The notes below the pieces were generated by a model. It ran no database searches. It saw nothing but the letters and a program-made list of their open reading frames with translations, and was not told the DNA's origin. This document shows, one piece after another, positions 13,601 through 27,500 of a stretch of 64,000 bases of DNA. Position numbers and translations under genes: made by a program. Every line of letters starts with the position of its first letter. The stretch's first letter is position 1. The DNA is from Yuukianura sp. NJ FZ-2021. Taxonomy: Eukaryota. Where the stretch lies: NCBI GenBank assembly GCA_046563655.1, contig CM102283.1, forward strand, positions 3,534,001 through 3,598,000, in the 5' to 3' direction.

Positions 13601-16600
13601 TTCTGCAGAGATAATTGTATCGCAGGAGATAATTGTGTCGTAGGAGAAAGTTGTTGGGGAAAGTACTAAGCTCTACAAACTAAAGGAACGAAGTAATCAA
13701 TTCTTCCAAGCGGAACGAAATGAACACGAGGATTACAACATAATATAGAACATAAATAATATGATGTAATACAAAATACAAATATTTTATACTAAAAATA
13801 TAACCGCGCGTACATGATGTCTTACACAAAAAAAAATTTGTGAACAGGGGAAAGGAAAGTTGAATTTAACGGTTTTCACTAGATTTTGAGTTTGTGCTTT
13901 CTCCGTTGTTCCAAAAATAGGAGAAAACCCGAATCCGGGTAACCGATCGATTCCGTTTTCGTTCGGATCTGAGTTTTGTGTTCGGATTTTGTAACATCGG
14001 GATGTTCTTTGGCTCTTTTTGGAAGAGTTTTTGAAGTGTGTTTTTGTGAAATAAGAGTTGAATTTTGTGAGAGAGTGAAAGTAGTGAATGTGGATTTGAT
14101 TAAGAAGAAAGTAGATTTTAAGAGAGTGAAAGTGGAGGATTTCCTCTTGTCTCTTTTTGTGTCTGTGATAAATCACTGTCTCGAAGTGTCAAGCAGAACT
14201 TAGGTTTCTAAGATTTCCTAGATTTTAGTTTACCAGATTTTACAAAACACTAAGCTTTGGAATCGGTTTGTACTACATGATGTAGTTTCTCTTTCTGTTG
14301 CGCCGGAGGAGGAGGAAGGAGAAATACATCATTTATCAAATTTTGAAAAAGACATTTTTTTTTACTTCTTTTGAATTCGAAAGTTTGCTTTTTCTAAAGG
14401 AAAATGTGTATGTGGTGGAGGATTTGATTTTATCTGACCGTCTTGTACATCAGTAGTCGAGTATTATAAATTGGACTTTTTGGATTTTTTGAAAAATTGA
14501 GTTTTTGAAAAGTGTTTTTTTGAAAAGTAACGCGTGTCATGTTTAGGGGGAGGGAATATGTTAGAGTACATGTGTAAAGTGTTAAGTGGGAAATCATGAC
14601 CCTTTCGTGTTACACAGTTCAGCCATTACGTGTAAACTGATCGACACGATAAGCGGAAGTGAGAAAAATATAACTTTTTCCAAAAAAAAAATCTTTAGAA
14701 ACTTTTTTTTAACTTTCTCCTCCTCCTTTCAACCTCCTTGTTAGTAACTGTGATTTCCAACTAGAAACTTTTTGCAACACTTAGCAAACGATTTCAAAAG
14801 AGAGAAAAAGCTTCTTTTTTTTTGTTTTAAAAAATAAATTTTTAGGTTAAGCTTATAATTGTGCGATCTTTAGACTGAATTTGGAGCAGTTTAGGTAGAA
14901 TATGAGTTTGTATTTGAGGAGAAGATGATTGATGTGTGTCTTTTGTTCTAAAAATAGGTTAATGTACTTTCTACCATCTGGAAAACTATGTTTAAAATTG
15001 CATGAATAGCCTATTCTTTCATTTCCTTAGTATTTCTATGCCAAATCCCAAATATGCCACACATGTGACCTCACACATTCGACATGGACCTACATTTGCT
15101 ACTTTAAACTTTATCCTTTTCACTCCTCCGTACAACCCAACGCATTTGTCATCTTACAAGGAACTGACAGGGAGCACAACCAAAATTCTAAGATCTGTCA
15201 GTCCTCACGCAACAAAATCAACTAACATTTTCAAAAAAAAAATCAACTGGCCTAACCTTTTTGCAAAATTTTTCAAACGTTCAACGCATACATTTTTCTC
15301 ATTTTTCATTTCAACAAATCTTTTCTTGTTTTTAAAAAAGCGAACGTTTTTTCTGCTTGAGTTTGCAGAGTTTTAAAAATTGGCAAGCGAAATATTGGAG
15401 CTAAGCAAATTCTTGGAATTTCATAACTTTGAGGAGGCTTTAGTTGTTGAAGTTTTGAAATTTTTTTTAAAAGTAAACTACCCGTGTAGTTGTTAGGAGA
15501 AAGTTAAGAGCGGAGGAGGGGGAGAGTGATTGATGATAAACTGTAGTCTAATCCTGTGTAATTAGAAACTCAACTGTTCATCTTTTGAGTGAATTAGTCA
15601 GAATTTAGCTGGAGGGATGGACAAATAGGCTGAGAACAGAAGGTTTTGAAATGAATATTTAAAATTTGGCAGGCGGGGAGACCGCACCCGAGAGCATGCG
15701 GCGTCAATGTCCTTTGTGTGACGTGACAGTTGTTATGGTTTTACGGTTTTACAAGGATTCGTCCATTGCTCTGCCTAACCTAAGCATAACCTAACAACCT
15801 GAGCTTAACTGAAGGGAAGCGGGAGTGACAGGTCGTGTCGACAGTTGAAGGATGTTCAAAATGGAAATTCAGCATTAAAATGCCGTAAACCCTCGTCATG
15901 TCACTCTCTTGGTGGCTCTCTGCTCCACTTTTTCCCAGTGAAATGGTGAAACGAGGAAACATTTCATGTGAAATGGTGAAATGGGGGAATTATTGAAGTG
16001 GGTTTTATGTGAGGTGAAAGTGGGTTTTGGTGAAAGTTATTTTTGCACAGAGTCTCCAGGGAGAAGGTGAAAGTGTGCAAAATTGTACAAGCTATAAAAG
16101 TGATGGGAGATGGGTAGTGTTCTAGAAAAAGAGAGAAGGTGTGAAGGAGAAAGTCATCATGTATTTACCACGCAAGCGCGGGGAAAAAAAAAACTTAACC
16201 AAGTTTCACCAGACCGGGGATTTCACAATTCCAAAAAAAGAACACGGAACTTATGCAAAAACTGCTAAAACGAAAAAGTTTTTCTACTATTTCCAGAAAG
16301 GGCTCAAATTGGGAAGTTTTTAGATTTTGAGTTTTTGAAGATTGAAAACTTTGCACTTTGAACTTATGGCGACTGACAGGAAAACTGCTAAGCCAAAAAT
16401 AGTTTTAGTTTTTAAATTTTCAGATTTTTAGTTTAGTTTTTTAAAGTGTTTTTGACTTTAGTTTTTCAGTGAGTGTTTTTTGGGTGTTAGGAACAGAAAA
16501 GTCGTAATAATTTTGTTCTGGTTCTTTCAATTTTTTTTTGAGTCGGGGGTGTTTATAGTTATTTAAACTACCGGTTCAAGCTTCGTCTTTTTACAGCACG

Positions 16601-19600
16601 AAGTTGGTGGTAAAATTTGAATTTTTGAAGAAACTAAAATCCGATTGTTTGTTTTTGTTGTAGGTTGCTGTTTTGTGACCTTCTACACCCGGAAAGCTGC
16701 TCTCGACGCCCAGAACGCCCTCCATAACGTCAAGACTCTCCCTGGAGTAAGTTTATAACTTTTTAGATCCAGTATATACTTGAAAATGCTGGCTAGAATG
16801 GTGGTATACTGGCCAGAATGCTGCCTAGTATTCTTTCTCCTGGGAAAGAGATCTCTGGAGGCTGAGAGCGGGTGGGAGCACCAAGGTTTCAAAAGTTCCC
16901 AACCTCCATACCTACACATAATCAATCTCCCTCTGCCTCTCCACCATCAGTCTCTGCTCACACTTTCAAATTAGACAGCCTACCATAGCTTCCTCTAACA
17001 TTTTGTAGTCTTTTTAGTCCCTCTTCAACTTTTAGTCTTTTTTAGTCTTCAGATTATTCTAAACGGCGTGTCTAGATTATGCATCGAAGTGGACTGGAAT
17101 TAATTCTACACTTTCAAAACTCCTTCTGAATAATTTTGGAAAAGGAGGAACAAAGGAGAATTTTTGTAACGAGGTAGTTAAAGTGGTTAGTGCTCTTTTG
17201 TCTTGGCAGGAAATCAGTTGTAACTGTTTTCGAAAACGACTTTCAAAATTTTGAAACCGGAATTTTTGAAAAGAACAATGGAGCCAGTCATTCAACCGGC
17301 AGTGACGGTAGCAACTGGAGCAGATTTGGTAAACTTTGAAACATTTTTGTTTTGGAAATTGAAAAGATTTGGAAAATCTTTTGGCTCCGGTTCAAATCTT
17401 TTGTCATTTCGGAAACTTATTGTCATTGTTCTGCAGAAAGTGTTGCTCAAAATGTGGTTTTTGAAAAAGTGCTTTTGATGACTCTGTTTTTCATGTTTTT
17501 TTTTTTAAGTGTGAACAGACTGATGATTTTGTTGAAATATGGTTGGAAACATGCTGTTTGAACATGTTTGAGCAGAGTGTTTTGAACAGAATTGAAAAGC
17601 GGAAAGAGAGGGCGTGGCGGGGATTATTGTTGTGGTGGAGATTGAAACTGATGAGATTTTAGAAAGAGGTGCAAGGCAGAGGTCAAAGGTTATGTAAGCT
17701 TTTTGAAAATTTTGGAAGTTTCGAAATTTGGAAAATGTCACCTTGAACTGGCTGGGAATGGACGGAAGTTATTGATTTATGTTCGTTTTCGGCGTCTTCT
17801 GGATCATTTCACTCTCTCCGGAAAAGGAAGGGAGAAAGTGGGTGGGAAAGGCTCTCATAATTTTATTAAGGTAGCCAGAGAGTACTGGGCGTGGCGCCAC
17901 AGATTCAAGCTTTTTGGAAAAACTTTTTCGAAAAAAAAAACGACATGAATTTTTTTAATCAAGGTGTGTCTCTCCTCGATTTCTCTCGTTTTTTCTGTAT
18001 TTTGATTAAAATCAGACTATTGATTTTTGATTTTGAGAGTCAAGGTGCAGTGAAAGTCGCTCCACTTTCTCTTCCTATCTCAAATTTGATTTTTCAGGCT
18101 AAACGAAATTCGATTCACAAAAAAAAAATGGAAAAATTTTACTTAAAATTTCTACTTTATTTTCTTCAACGCCTGCGTGCGTTTTGCATGAGTGTTGGTG
18201 GCGTGGTATTTGGGTTTTGTAAAAAGTAGAAATTTGTAAAGAGGGAAAGTATTTTGTAAAAATTTTGGCGGGAGTTTTTTTGAAACTTGAGCAGCCATGT
18301 CCATGTTTTGTTATAACATGTGAAATGTATGGAATTGTCCATGAATTTGGTAGTGGAGCCTATTGTGCTGTGGTCATGATTTATGGACGAGTGTGTGGTC
18401 ACTGCTGGGTGGACGTTGGACACGAAGAAAGTTGTGATTGTGGCGGTTCCTTTTGAAAAGAGAAAGTTTGGCTGTTTGAAAGTGACATTGTGAAGTATTC
18501 ATATTTCATGTGTCATGTGAACATGGTTCCCTCTGCTATAAGAGTCCTGGACTAAGCTCCAGAGTCCAATTTCCGCTGGGACACTGTCATCAGGGCTTGA
18601 CAGGAGACACAAAAACAGGTGGTGGCACAACTACTTCCAAATGTCACTAAAAACTTTTTTTCAAAAACTCCCGCTTTCAGTTTTCGTTTTCCGCCGGTAG
18701 AACTCGGGCTTCTGTAGGAGCTCCGTGTTTCTGAACCAAAAAAAGTGGAAGTTTTCACCAAGAACGACCAAAAACGGGAGCGTTAAGCCAAAACTGAACC
18801 AGTTTTGGAGTAAAAAGTGAAAGTTTTGAAGTTCACTTTTTAAATTTGGGCTTTTCACAACAAGCAGAGTTGTTCAAAATTTTGAGTTAAAACTGAAAAT
18901 TGAATCCATTTAGGCGTTAATTGCTCATGAAACATGACGGAGCGAAGAGACAGTGAAGTGTAAAAAGAAAATTTGAAAATTTCGGAAGAGAAAATGAGCG
19001 GAAATTTTGAAAAGTTTGTGAGAGGGTTTGTGCATGTTGGGACTTGATTATTCCACTTTCTCTGTCATTTAATCCAACTTTTCCGTACAATTGACTCCAA
19101 TTCGATTTCTTTTTTCCTCAAGGGCTTCCTACAAACTACCAACTTTGACTTGTTTTGTGACTGGAAAAAAAGAGAGCAGGAAGTTTTGGAATTTGAATTT
19201 ATGTTTTCCCTCCTTCCTTTTTTATGTCTGGTTTTGATTTGATTGGCTCCATTGTATGTATATGCATTTTCAGAAAAAAAAGAGAGGGAATTGAATTGAA
19301 GAGGGAGAAAGAGAGGGAAGATTTAAAATTCAATATATTCTATTCTTGCAGGGATTTGGTTTGAATCGACTACTTTTTTGAGATAGTTTGTTGAAATGTT
19401 CTGTTTTATTTTGTTGGCTTCAAAAAAGTAGAATTTACACACTGCATTGGGTTCCTTTTATTTTCTGAGATTGAACATTCAAGGAAGAAATGACATTAGG
19501 GAAATAAAATGTTAACAAAATGGAACTTTTCGAAATGTCGTAAAATTCAAACTTAGTCCAAAGGTAGAACGGTTTCGCTATAGTCGGTACGAAACGGTAA

Positions 19601-22600
19601 AGTACCGTTTCGTTTTCAAAAAAAATAACAACCAAAAATCCAACCGAAAAAATAAATAGAACGTGAGAGAAAGAAGTTTCTGGTGTGTTCGATTTGGCCG
19701 AAAATCGCCAAATCCTTTTCAATCTCTCAGTGAAAATTGAAAAACGACACTCTTTTTTTGATTTTTTGAATTTGAAAGGCGGCAATTTCTGAAAAACATT
19801 TTGTTTTGTGGTCTTTGATTCCTTTTGAGTCTCCCGTCACTTTGATTTCAAGCATTTTCGTGAATTGTCATCATCACTTTCCTTTCCCGCCAAAGCAAGG
19901 CTGGAAGCCATTTCAAAAAGTTTTTGGAAATGGCGCTCATGAAAATCTAAACTGCCAAACACTTTGGAGACGCTGCGAACATTGAAAGCGGTGACGCTGA
20001 AAGCGCTGTTTGTGGAATCATCCATAAGGGGAAATAATATTTATGTAAATGAAATCCATTATTATTCAACCCACCATGAGAAAGTTGTTTTGCTTAAACT
20101 TTAACAATAAAGATTTTAACATTTAAAATTTAACACTTTTCAAAAGTGTTTCTTAGAAAACTTCGATTGGACAACAACGATAACACTCCTTTTATTCCCT
20201 TTCACAACAAAGCTACACATTTCAAATTCAAATCTATTTTCAAACAAATTCAATTTTTGAACTTTCGACATTTTTTGGTATCTTACAACATCGGCTTTCG
20301 CCGAACTTCCTTTGTGAGTCATTTTAGCTTTTCTGATTTCAAGATTTCTGATTCTCTGATTTACAAATCACATGAAACAAAAACAGTGATGAAATTCATA
20401 CTAATAAAAAGTTGAACAAAAAAAATGAAATTTGATACGAAACTGAGATTTTGTAAGAGTTCATATATGCCAATCGATTTTTTTTTATAAATCTTGAATT
20501 TTTAGTCACTAATATTTTTTTAGTTTCAGTGATATTTTTGGTGGAGTCTTTGTTTTTTTTAAATATGAACTGTGAGGTTTAAAAAAATGTGACCTGTGAC
20601 CTTTGAAGTTTTTCTTACCGACTGTTCTTCCATGGATTTCTTTTAGTGTTGCTTTGTGTACAGAAGAAGAGACTGAAGATTAGAAGATTTTTATTTACTG
20701 TTTGATTTTAAATTGCAGATGAATCATCCGATCCAGATGAAACCGGCTGACAATGAAAATCGATACGGTAAGAGTCTCAATCTCAGCAGTTTAAACTTCA
20801 TTTCCATCAAGATCATTTTCCTTTGAAGAGTAAAATGTTCAATAGAAAAGTTTACTAGGCTTTGTTAACATTTACAAACTTCAAAAGAGGACTTTGGAAA
20901 TAGTTTAGGAGCCTTTTTGCTTAGTTCACTCAATTCTTGCTCCGCAATCGTCTCATGTTCAGATGCCAAAAAGAGGATTTGAATTGCTCTTCCAAGAACA
21001 ACTTTTTTGTAACTTTTGTTCAAAAGTGTTGAGCAGCTTTAGAAAATTTTAATTTTGGAAAGATGGAAAATTTGTTTTGAAGTTTGGTAAAATGTTAATG
21101 ATGGTTAGTTGGAAGTCCGTTCTGATCAGCTCAATTCAAAATTCTCAAAACATAATAATTGACACAAAAATTTTTTTTTTTAAATTTAAATTTTTTATGA
21201 AATGTTTGAAATTTTTCAGAACGGAAGTTGTTCGTTGGGATGTTGTCGAAGAAGTGCAACGAGAGTGACGTTCGAAACATGTTTGCCAGATTTGGTCATA
21301 TCGATGAGTGTACAGTGCTGAGGGATCCACAGGGAACGAGTAGAGGTAACTTTCAAATTTTTGACCTTTGACCTCTAACAAAAAATTCACAATTTTTTAG
21401 ATTTTCAAAATACGAACTTTTTTATATTTGTCTCTGAGGTATTTCCTATTCTAAGTCCGTTTTTAAATCTCACAATTTTTTTTTACTTTGGAAAACAAAA
21501 TAATTTTTAATTTTTTTTAAAAACGAATTTTTAACTTTTCGACGTCCATCTGTCCGCTGTTGAGTGTTTTAATACAGTGACGACCTAACTCCGTATTCTT
21601 TGCTCATGCTATTTTTTAGATGTGTGCGCCCTTTTTATTCTAACCTCTCTGTTCATTCTTTAGTTTTTTTTACTAATTTTGACTAATTATGACAGTAATT
21701 TTGAAAAGTTATTTGTATTTTCTGGTATTTCTTGTTGTTAAATGTGATAATTGTATGACAGGATGTGCGTTCATTACGTTTGCGTCCAAGCAATGTGCAA
21801 GCAGTGCCATCAAAGCCCTTCATCACTCCTTGACAATGGAGGTAAGAGGTCATCTTTGTTTTGCCCAACTCTGTTAAGGGCCCCCTAACGATGCCCAACT
21901 CTGTGTCTTTCTAAGGGCCCCCTTGTCTGTCCACCTTCACTTTGTGGTACTTTGGTGCTTAGCAGCCACCAGCCTTTGTTTTGTGGAAGCTTTTCTTTTC
22001 CAATTTAATTTCAACTTTCAAATTTTGTTTCTTTTTAAGTTGATTTTTGACGGAATTAAGAAAATACTTGATTTTTTCCCCTGGTTTTCAACTCCTTGTG
22101 TTTTTTTGATTCTGTGCAGGGCTGCAGTTCTCCTGTGGTAGTGAAATTTGCTGATACACAAAAGGACAAGGACCAAAAGCGGACGCAACAAATCCATGCG
22201 TCCATTCTTCCTGGATTCCAGGCTCAACCCACTTCCGTCAACGCCATCAGTCCACAGTATTTTACGGTATGTCAAAAACACGTCATCATGCGTCAAAAGT
22301 ATGACTTGAATGAAAATACGTCAAAGATACGTCAAAAGTTTGACTCCCGTCAAACTCATTTACTGTGAAATCGAAAACTTAGGATGCGTCAAGAGCTTTA
22401 TGTATCTGTTATTTTAATTTTTCCAACGGCAGTTCTTTGACGACAACCCCGTTTGCTGTGTTGAGTTGAACTAAATTCTGTTGAACTAATTGTTGTTGTT
22501 TTTCACAGCTTCTTCAGCAGTTGCATCAACAACAGCAACAGCAACAACAGCAGCAGCAGAGCAATAGCTACTTCTCTTCCCTGAGTCCACTGAGCGGCAT

Positions 22601-24520
22601 TGCTACGCTGGCTTCCCTAGCAACGCCCTCTCCTGGTGCTTCTCTAGCGGGACTCACGGGGTCACACTCGGCAGGAACGAACGGTGACCTCGCAGCACTC
22701 GCTGCTCTGGCCAACTTCACCGGAGTCACATCCAATCAGCATTCAGTAGCACTCGGCATCCAAGCTGCACTGGCGGCTGCCCTCAACGGAACACACGCCA
22801 CCCTCAGCCAAGGTAAATTTCTAAAAATTCCACTACTTAGATTCTGTCCTTCGAAATTTTGAATTCTGTTTCTACCACACGCACTTTTGAAGTATTTCTG
22901 AAAGTGTTTCACAGTATTTTCTATAAAACAACTTAAATGTGGCAACTCTTGCGTCGAAAGTGTGCGTTTCAATGTCGTTTTTGCGGTTGTATGTAATATG
23001 GTCAAAAACAATTTGGTCAAAAAGTGAAAAAGTTATAAAATGGGAAGGTCAATATAAGAAGACCTAACCTACCATTGGAATGGTTGATATTTTCGTGTTT
23101 TGACTTTTTCGCTTTTTGATCAAATACTTTTGATCATTTGACCTGCTACGCGTTTTTCAACTCTTTTCTTTGTGTTTACTTTGCTTTTTACGGAAAATGT
23201 TGGACCACTTTTAGAATATGGCTACTCGACTGGAGCAGCCAATGGGAGCTCTCTGGGGACAGCCAATGGGGGGTCCCTTGGACTCGCGGCAAGTACCTAC
23301 ACTGGAAACGGACTCCAATCTGCCGGTAAGATTCAAAAAAGAAGGAAATTTTGAAAAAAAGAAGGAAATTCTGAAAAAAAGGGAATTTTGAAAAATGTGC
23401 TCCACTTCTTTGTGTCTGTGCGTGTCTAGTGTTTTTAATCATTGAGTAACATATCGTGTAGCTGCACGATATGATTTCCTGTGCTCTCCAATTAGCCAAT
23501 CCTGTTCAAGAGTTGTGGAATTGCATGACTTAATTTAACTTTAGACGGAAATTGACTTTCTCTTAACTTAGTTTTTTTTTCTGTGTTTTTGCAGGGCTGA
23601 GTAGCTACACGAGTGCATTGAGAGCTTCAGTTACAGCGGCCAGTAAACAGGTAAATGTGAGTTCAAAAAAATTGGTGACCTTTTACACTTTTTCATTGTC
23701 GCTGCACTGTTCTTGTCTACAGAATTCGCAATTTTGAATTCCAAAAACCAAAATATTTCAATTTCTAAGTTTTTTTTTTTGAAAAAAATTTTAGGCCGAG
23801 GGCCCGGAAGGTGCGAATTTGTTCATCTACCATCTCCCGCCTGAAGCGACAGATCCAGACCTTATTTCAATGTTCTCTCCCTTCGGCACCGTGATCTCGG
23901 CCAAAGTCTACATTGACAAAAACACGAACCGTTCCAAATGTTTTGGTGAGTCAAACTTTTCAAAAAAATACTTTTACGTCATTTCATATTTCGAAATTTT
24001 CCAATTTTTGACAAGAGTAAGTGAGGGAACTGAAAGCTTCCATTTGGTTGTTCCTGAAAGTCGTCAGTTATGTTTTTGTCACTTTTTGTGTGCCACCTAA
24101 GAAGCTCACTTCGCAGGATGAAGTTCCTGGTGTGACATTGTGCAAATAAACTGCAAGTGATGGGCTAAATTGTGTCTGTTCTCTTGGTTTTTAGGTTTCG
24201 TCTCCTATGATAATGCCATGTCAGCCCAAGTCGCCATTCAGACGATGAATGGATTCCAAGGTACCTAAAAAACTCCGATTTCAAATTTTTTCCTTCATTT
24301 TTTCCAAATTTTCCAAATTTGCAATCTAACTTACACGTTAGTGTATGGCTCTCGCCCGTCACACTGAAATTTTACACGGAATGACAATATTTGCTGAATT
24401 CTTTTAGGAAACACCGGATTGATTTTTTTGAAATTGTGATTTTTCTTGTGTTTTGCAGTCGGAATGAAGCGCCTCAAAGTCCAACTCAAGCGGTCCAAGG
24501 AAGCTGCCAAGCCCTACTAA
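7601..24520 (+). CDS. CELF1/2 (Bruno/CUGBP/ETR-1-like) RNA-binding protein with 3 RRMs; N-terminal exon/start codon not identified
   Basis: 12 phase-consistent GT-AG exons: 7601-7779, 16664-16746, 20719-20767, 21220-21345, 21762-21841, 22120-22266, 22509-22812, 23215-23325, 23595-23650, 23795-23945, 24195-24260, 24459-24520. Motifs [84 protein letters not shown] and [14 protein letters not shown] are CELF1/2 hallmarks. Confidence 0.96.
22515..22559 (+). repeat. Coding CAA/CAG polyglutamine tract in the CELF linker
   Basis: Encodes [15 protein letters not shown] in exon 22509-22812. Confidence 0.9.
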
Positions 24521-27500
24521 AAAGCACTGATTCAAACTTTAAACCAAAACACTTTTCAGCAAAACAAACAAGTGAGTTTTGTCAACAAAGGAATTTGTGC
24601 AAAAGCTCTCCACGACCCAAACATACGCTTCGCCTTTCTTTAAAATCGCTCGACCAATCAAAAATCACGACACAAAACAACAAAAACTTAAGACTTGATC
24701 ATCATCAGTTTGCTAAAGTTGTTTGCTGATCAAAGTAAAAGTTTTAAAACAAGCAGGGTAGAGAAACAAAACCAAAAATCATCCATGAAAAACCGCCGAT
24801 TTCTAAATCTTAGAATTATAGAATTTTTTGAAAAACTTAAAATCAAACAAAGTTTATCTTGTATTATATCATCCATCCATCGAGAAGTGCCAAAAAGTGG
24901 ATTTCGGTGGATTTTTTAACAAATCGAAAAGAAATCGACACATTCGGCGCAAAGTAATCGATTCGTTCTCTTGTCCAAATTTCTAAGAGACTTTCCAATT
25001 AATTTGTCTTCTGATTCACTTTTCTTCCGCCTGGGGGCGCTAAATTAGTTTAGGGCGCTAAAATTTAAAAACTGGGTGCTAAATTAACTAATTCTACATT
25101 TGATTCCTTAACTCTAGTCACAATGATTTTCAACGTAGGTGTCAATTAATCACCTTCTTAATTAAAATTTTGATTCAAAGGGAAAACAAAGTATTAATTA
25201 TCATGGGAGTTGCAATTTTAGAATTTACCTTTTAATTGCAAACACAAAAAAAACTTAAAGCTGCTAAAACTTTTTGAAGTTGTGTTTGTTTTTTGAGAAA
25301 ATGAGTGAAAAGCACCAAAAATGTGTTTCCATAAAACGAAAAAGTTCAAGACTGGATTTACTCATTTTAACAATTTATTTTTTCTAATGCATTTAATTAA
25401 CTTTAGAGGTCAAAGTGCATTTCATTGATTTTTCTCATTTTGACTGTGAGTGCCATACATGGAATGGAAACAAATTATACAATAGCAATCATTTAATTAG
25501 GTCCGCGGGGTACGACTACTGCGCATGCTCAGGGTCGATTTCTGTCAAAATTCGAAATTTTTTGTTGCTGATGCTAAATTTTGAATGTGATGTTAAAAAC
25601 TTTGTGTATTTTTGTTCTTTTTCAGTTTCAAAATCAGTCACGTGTCGAGCCTTTAAAAAAACTGTGTAGAATTGACGGTTACTTGCATCTTCTTCCTTGT
25701 GTGTCCGTGCAAAAATGTGTTCCTGTTGATGTTACCATGTCGCCATTTTAGTTTTGAAAATTCAAATTTTTTTTGAAGAATTATGAAATGTCAAAAAATT
25801 TGAATTGAGCATTTAATTATGAGTTTTGTCATTTAAACCCTATGATTGTTACGTTATGGCCTTCAGTTTTATTGTCAGTCTGTCTGTCTCGCGGTGCAAA
25901 CCTGAATTCAGCAGGATTTGAAATTTAAAATTTTGTGTTAAAAACCGCCTGTCAATGTTATCGTCGGTTATGCTCATGCATAATTATGATTCCACGTTTA
26001 GTTAGTTACTGTTTCCCGGTAATTAATCACAACTAACTAATTGTCGTAGATATTGGCTAATGTAATTTTGTATTTGCTTTAGTTAGGGTGGTTTGGGTCA
26101 CTCTTTAGTTTGATTTTGGCTACTACCGTAACTCACTTTTGATTATTTTAAACAAAGCACACTGTTTTCATATGCAAGAATTAGAAAGGTCCGAAAAGCA
26201 AGAATTTGATCGAAAACTCAAATTTGTGCAAAAGTTGACGAGAAAATTTTCCGGAAACGATTTTGCTTCAGTCGCTGTTACTCAAATTTTCCTTTCTAAA
26301 GTTGAAGTTTTCAGTAACAGTTTGAGTTGAATGAATTTTTTTGATAAAGTAAATTTTACTGGTCAGGTTCAAGAAATCACTTACCTTTAACCTGTCATCG
26401 TCAATCATGCTAGTTTTGTAGTTGCACGGTAATGAAATTCCTGTTGTACTTCGTGTGCCATGGAGTTGTTACAGAGTTTGTTCAATTTTCGTGATGCGCA
26501 TGTACCAGTTGTACTGTGACCTTTGTAACCTCCCCCGCCATCGTGTTTTTTTTTCAATGCAACATATTCCAGTCAATTTCTAAAATTTGTCACTGAACAA
26601 TTCAAAATTTTACTTTTTAGTCACCTAAAAACCTAAGTCTTGCAGAGTTGCTTTAACTTGAATCCAAAGTGAGGGATTTTTACTACCTATAGAGCTTCAA
26701 AACTTGTGTTTTACATAAAATTTGAAAAGAGGCGGGACAGTGTGGTCAGTATTTTAAAAGTTAACGTGAAACATTTCAGTGCCTAAAGTTAAGGTTATTC
26801 AAAATGGGAATAACGTAAATGGGCATAATGTCATTAATAGTTCGGTTTAGAAAAATATTTTGTTTTTAGGGGATAAAGAAACCGCTTAAATCCAAAAAAT
26901 GGAGGTATTTTCAAAAATGCCTCCAATTTAAAATATTTTGAGTGTGGCAGAATAGTCAAGACACTTGAACATGAAATGTACATATAAAAAGTTAAATGTT
27001 AGTTAAAAAGTTAGCGGGATGGATTTAATTGTGATTTTAACCGGAGATAGGAATTAGTTAGACTTTGAGAAAAGTTTGTTAAAAGTATTAACTTTTTGAT
27101 TCCAAAATTATCCACCAAAATACAAAGTATTTCTTTAAAAAATGGGGGCTATATGATACTAAACATAAACAAAAGTTATACAGAAGTGTAAAAAAGTTGG
27201 AAAAAGTTTAAATTTAGAACACGGACGCTTCGATGTTGTAAAATTTTAAGAATCAAGACCAAATTTTGATGAGCTAAAACTTTTGTAGTACAATTGGTGT
27301 ACATAAAAAAAGTTTAGATGAAATGTAAGTCTAAGAAAAAATCCTGGTCAGAATTGAGTACTAATTTTTTAGATTTTGGAAAAACTGTAAGTTAAAACTT
27401 GATTGTTAAGGATTTTAATGATGGCGAAATGACAATTTCAAAAAACCGAAAAGCAGGTTGAAGATTTTTACCAAACTTATGATTTCCTTTGAAATGCAAA

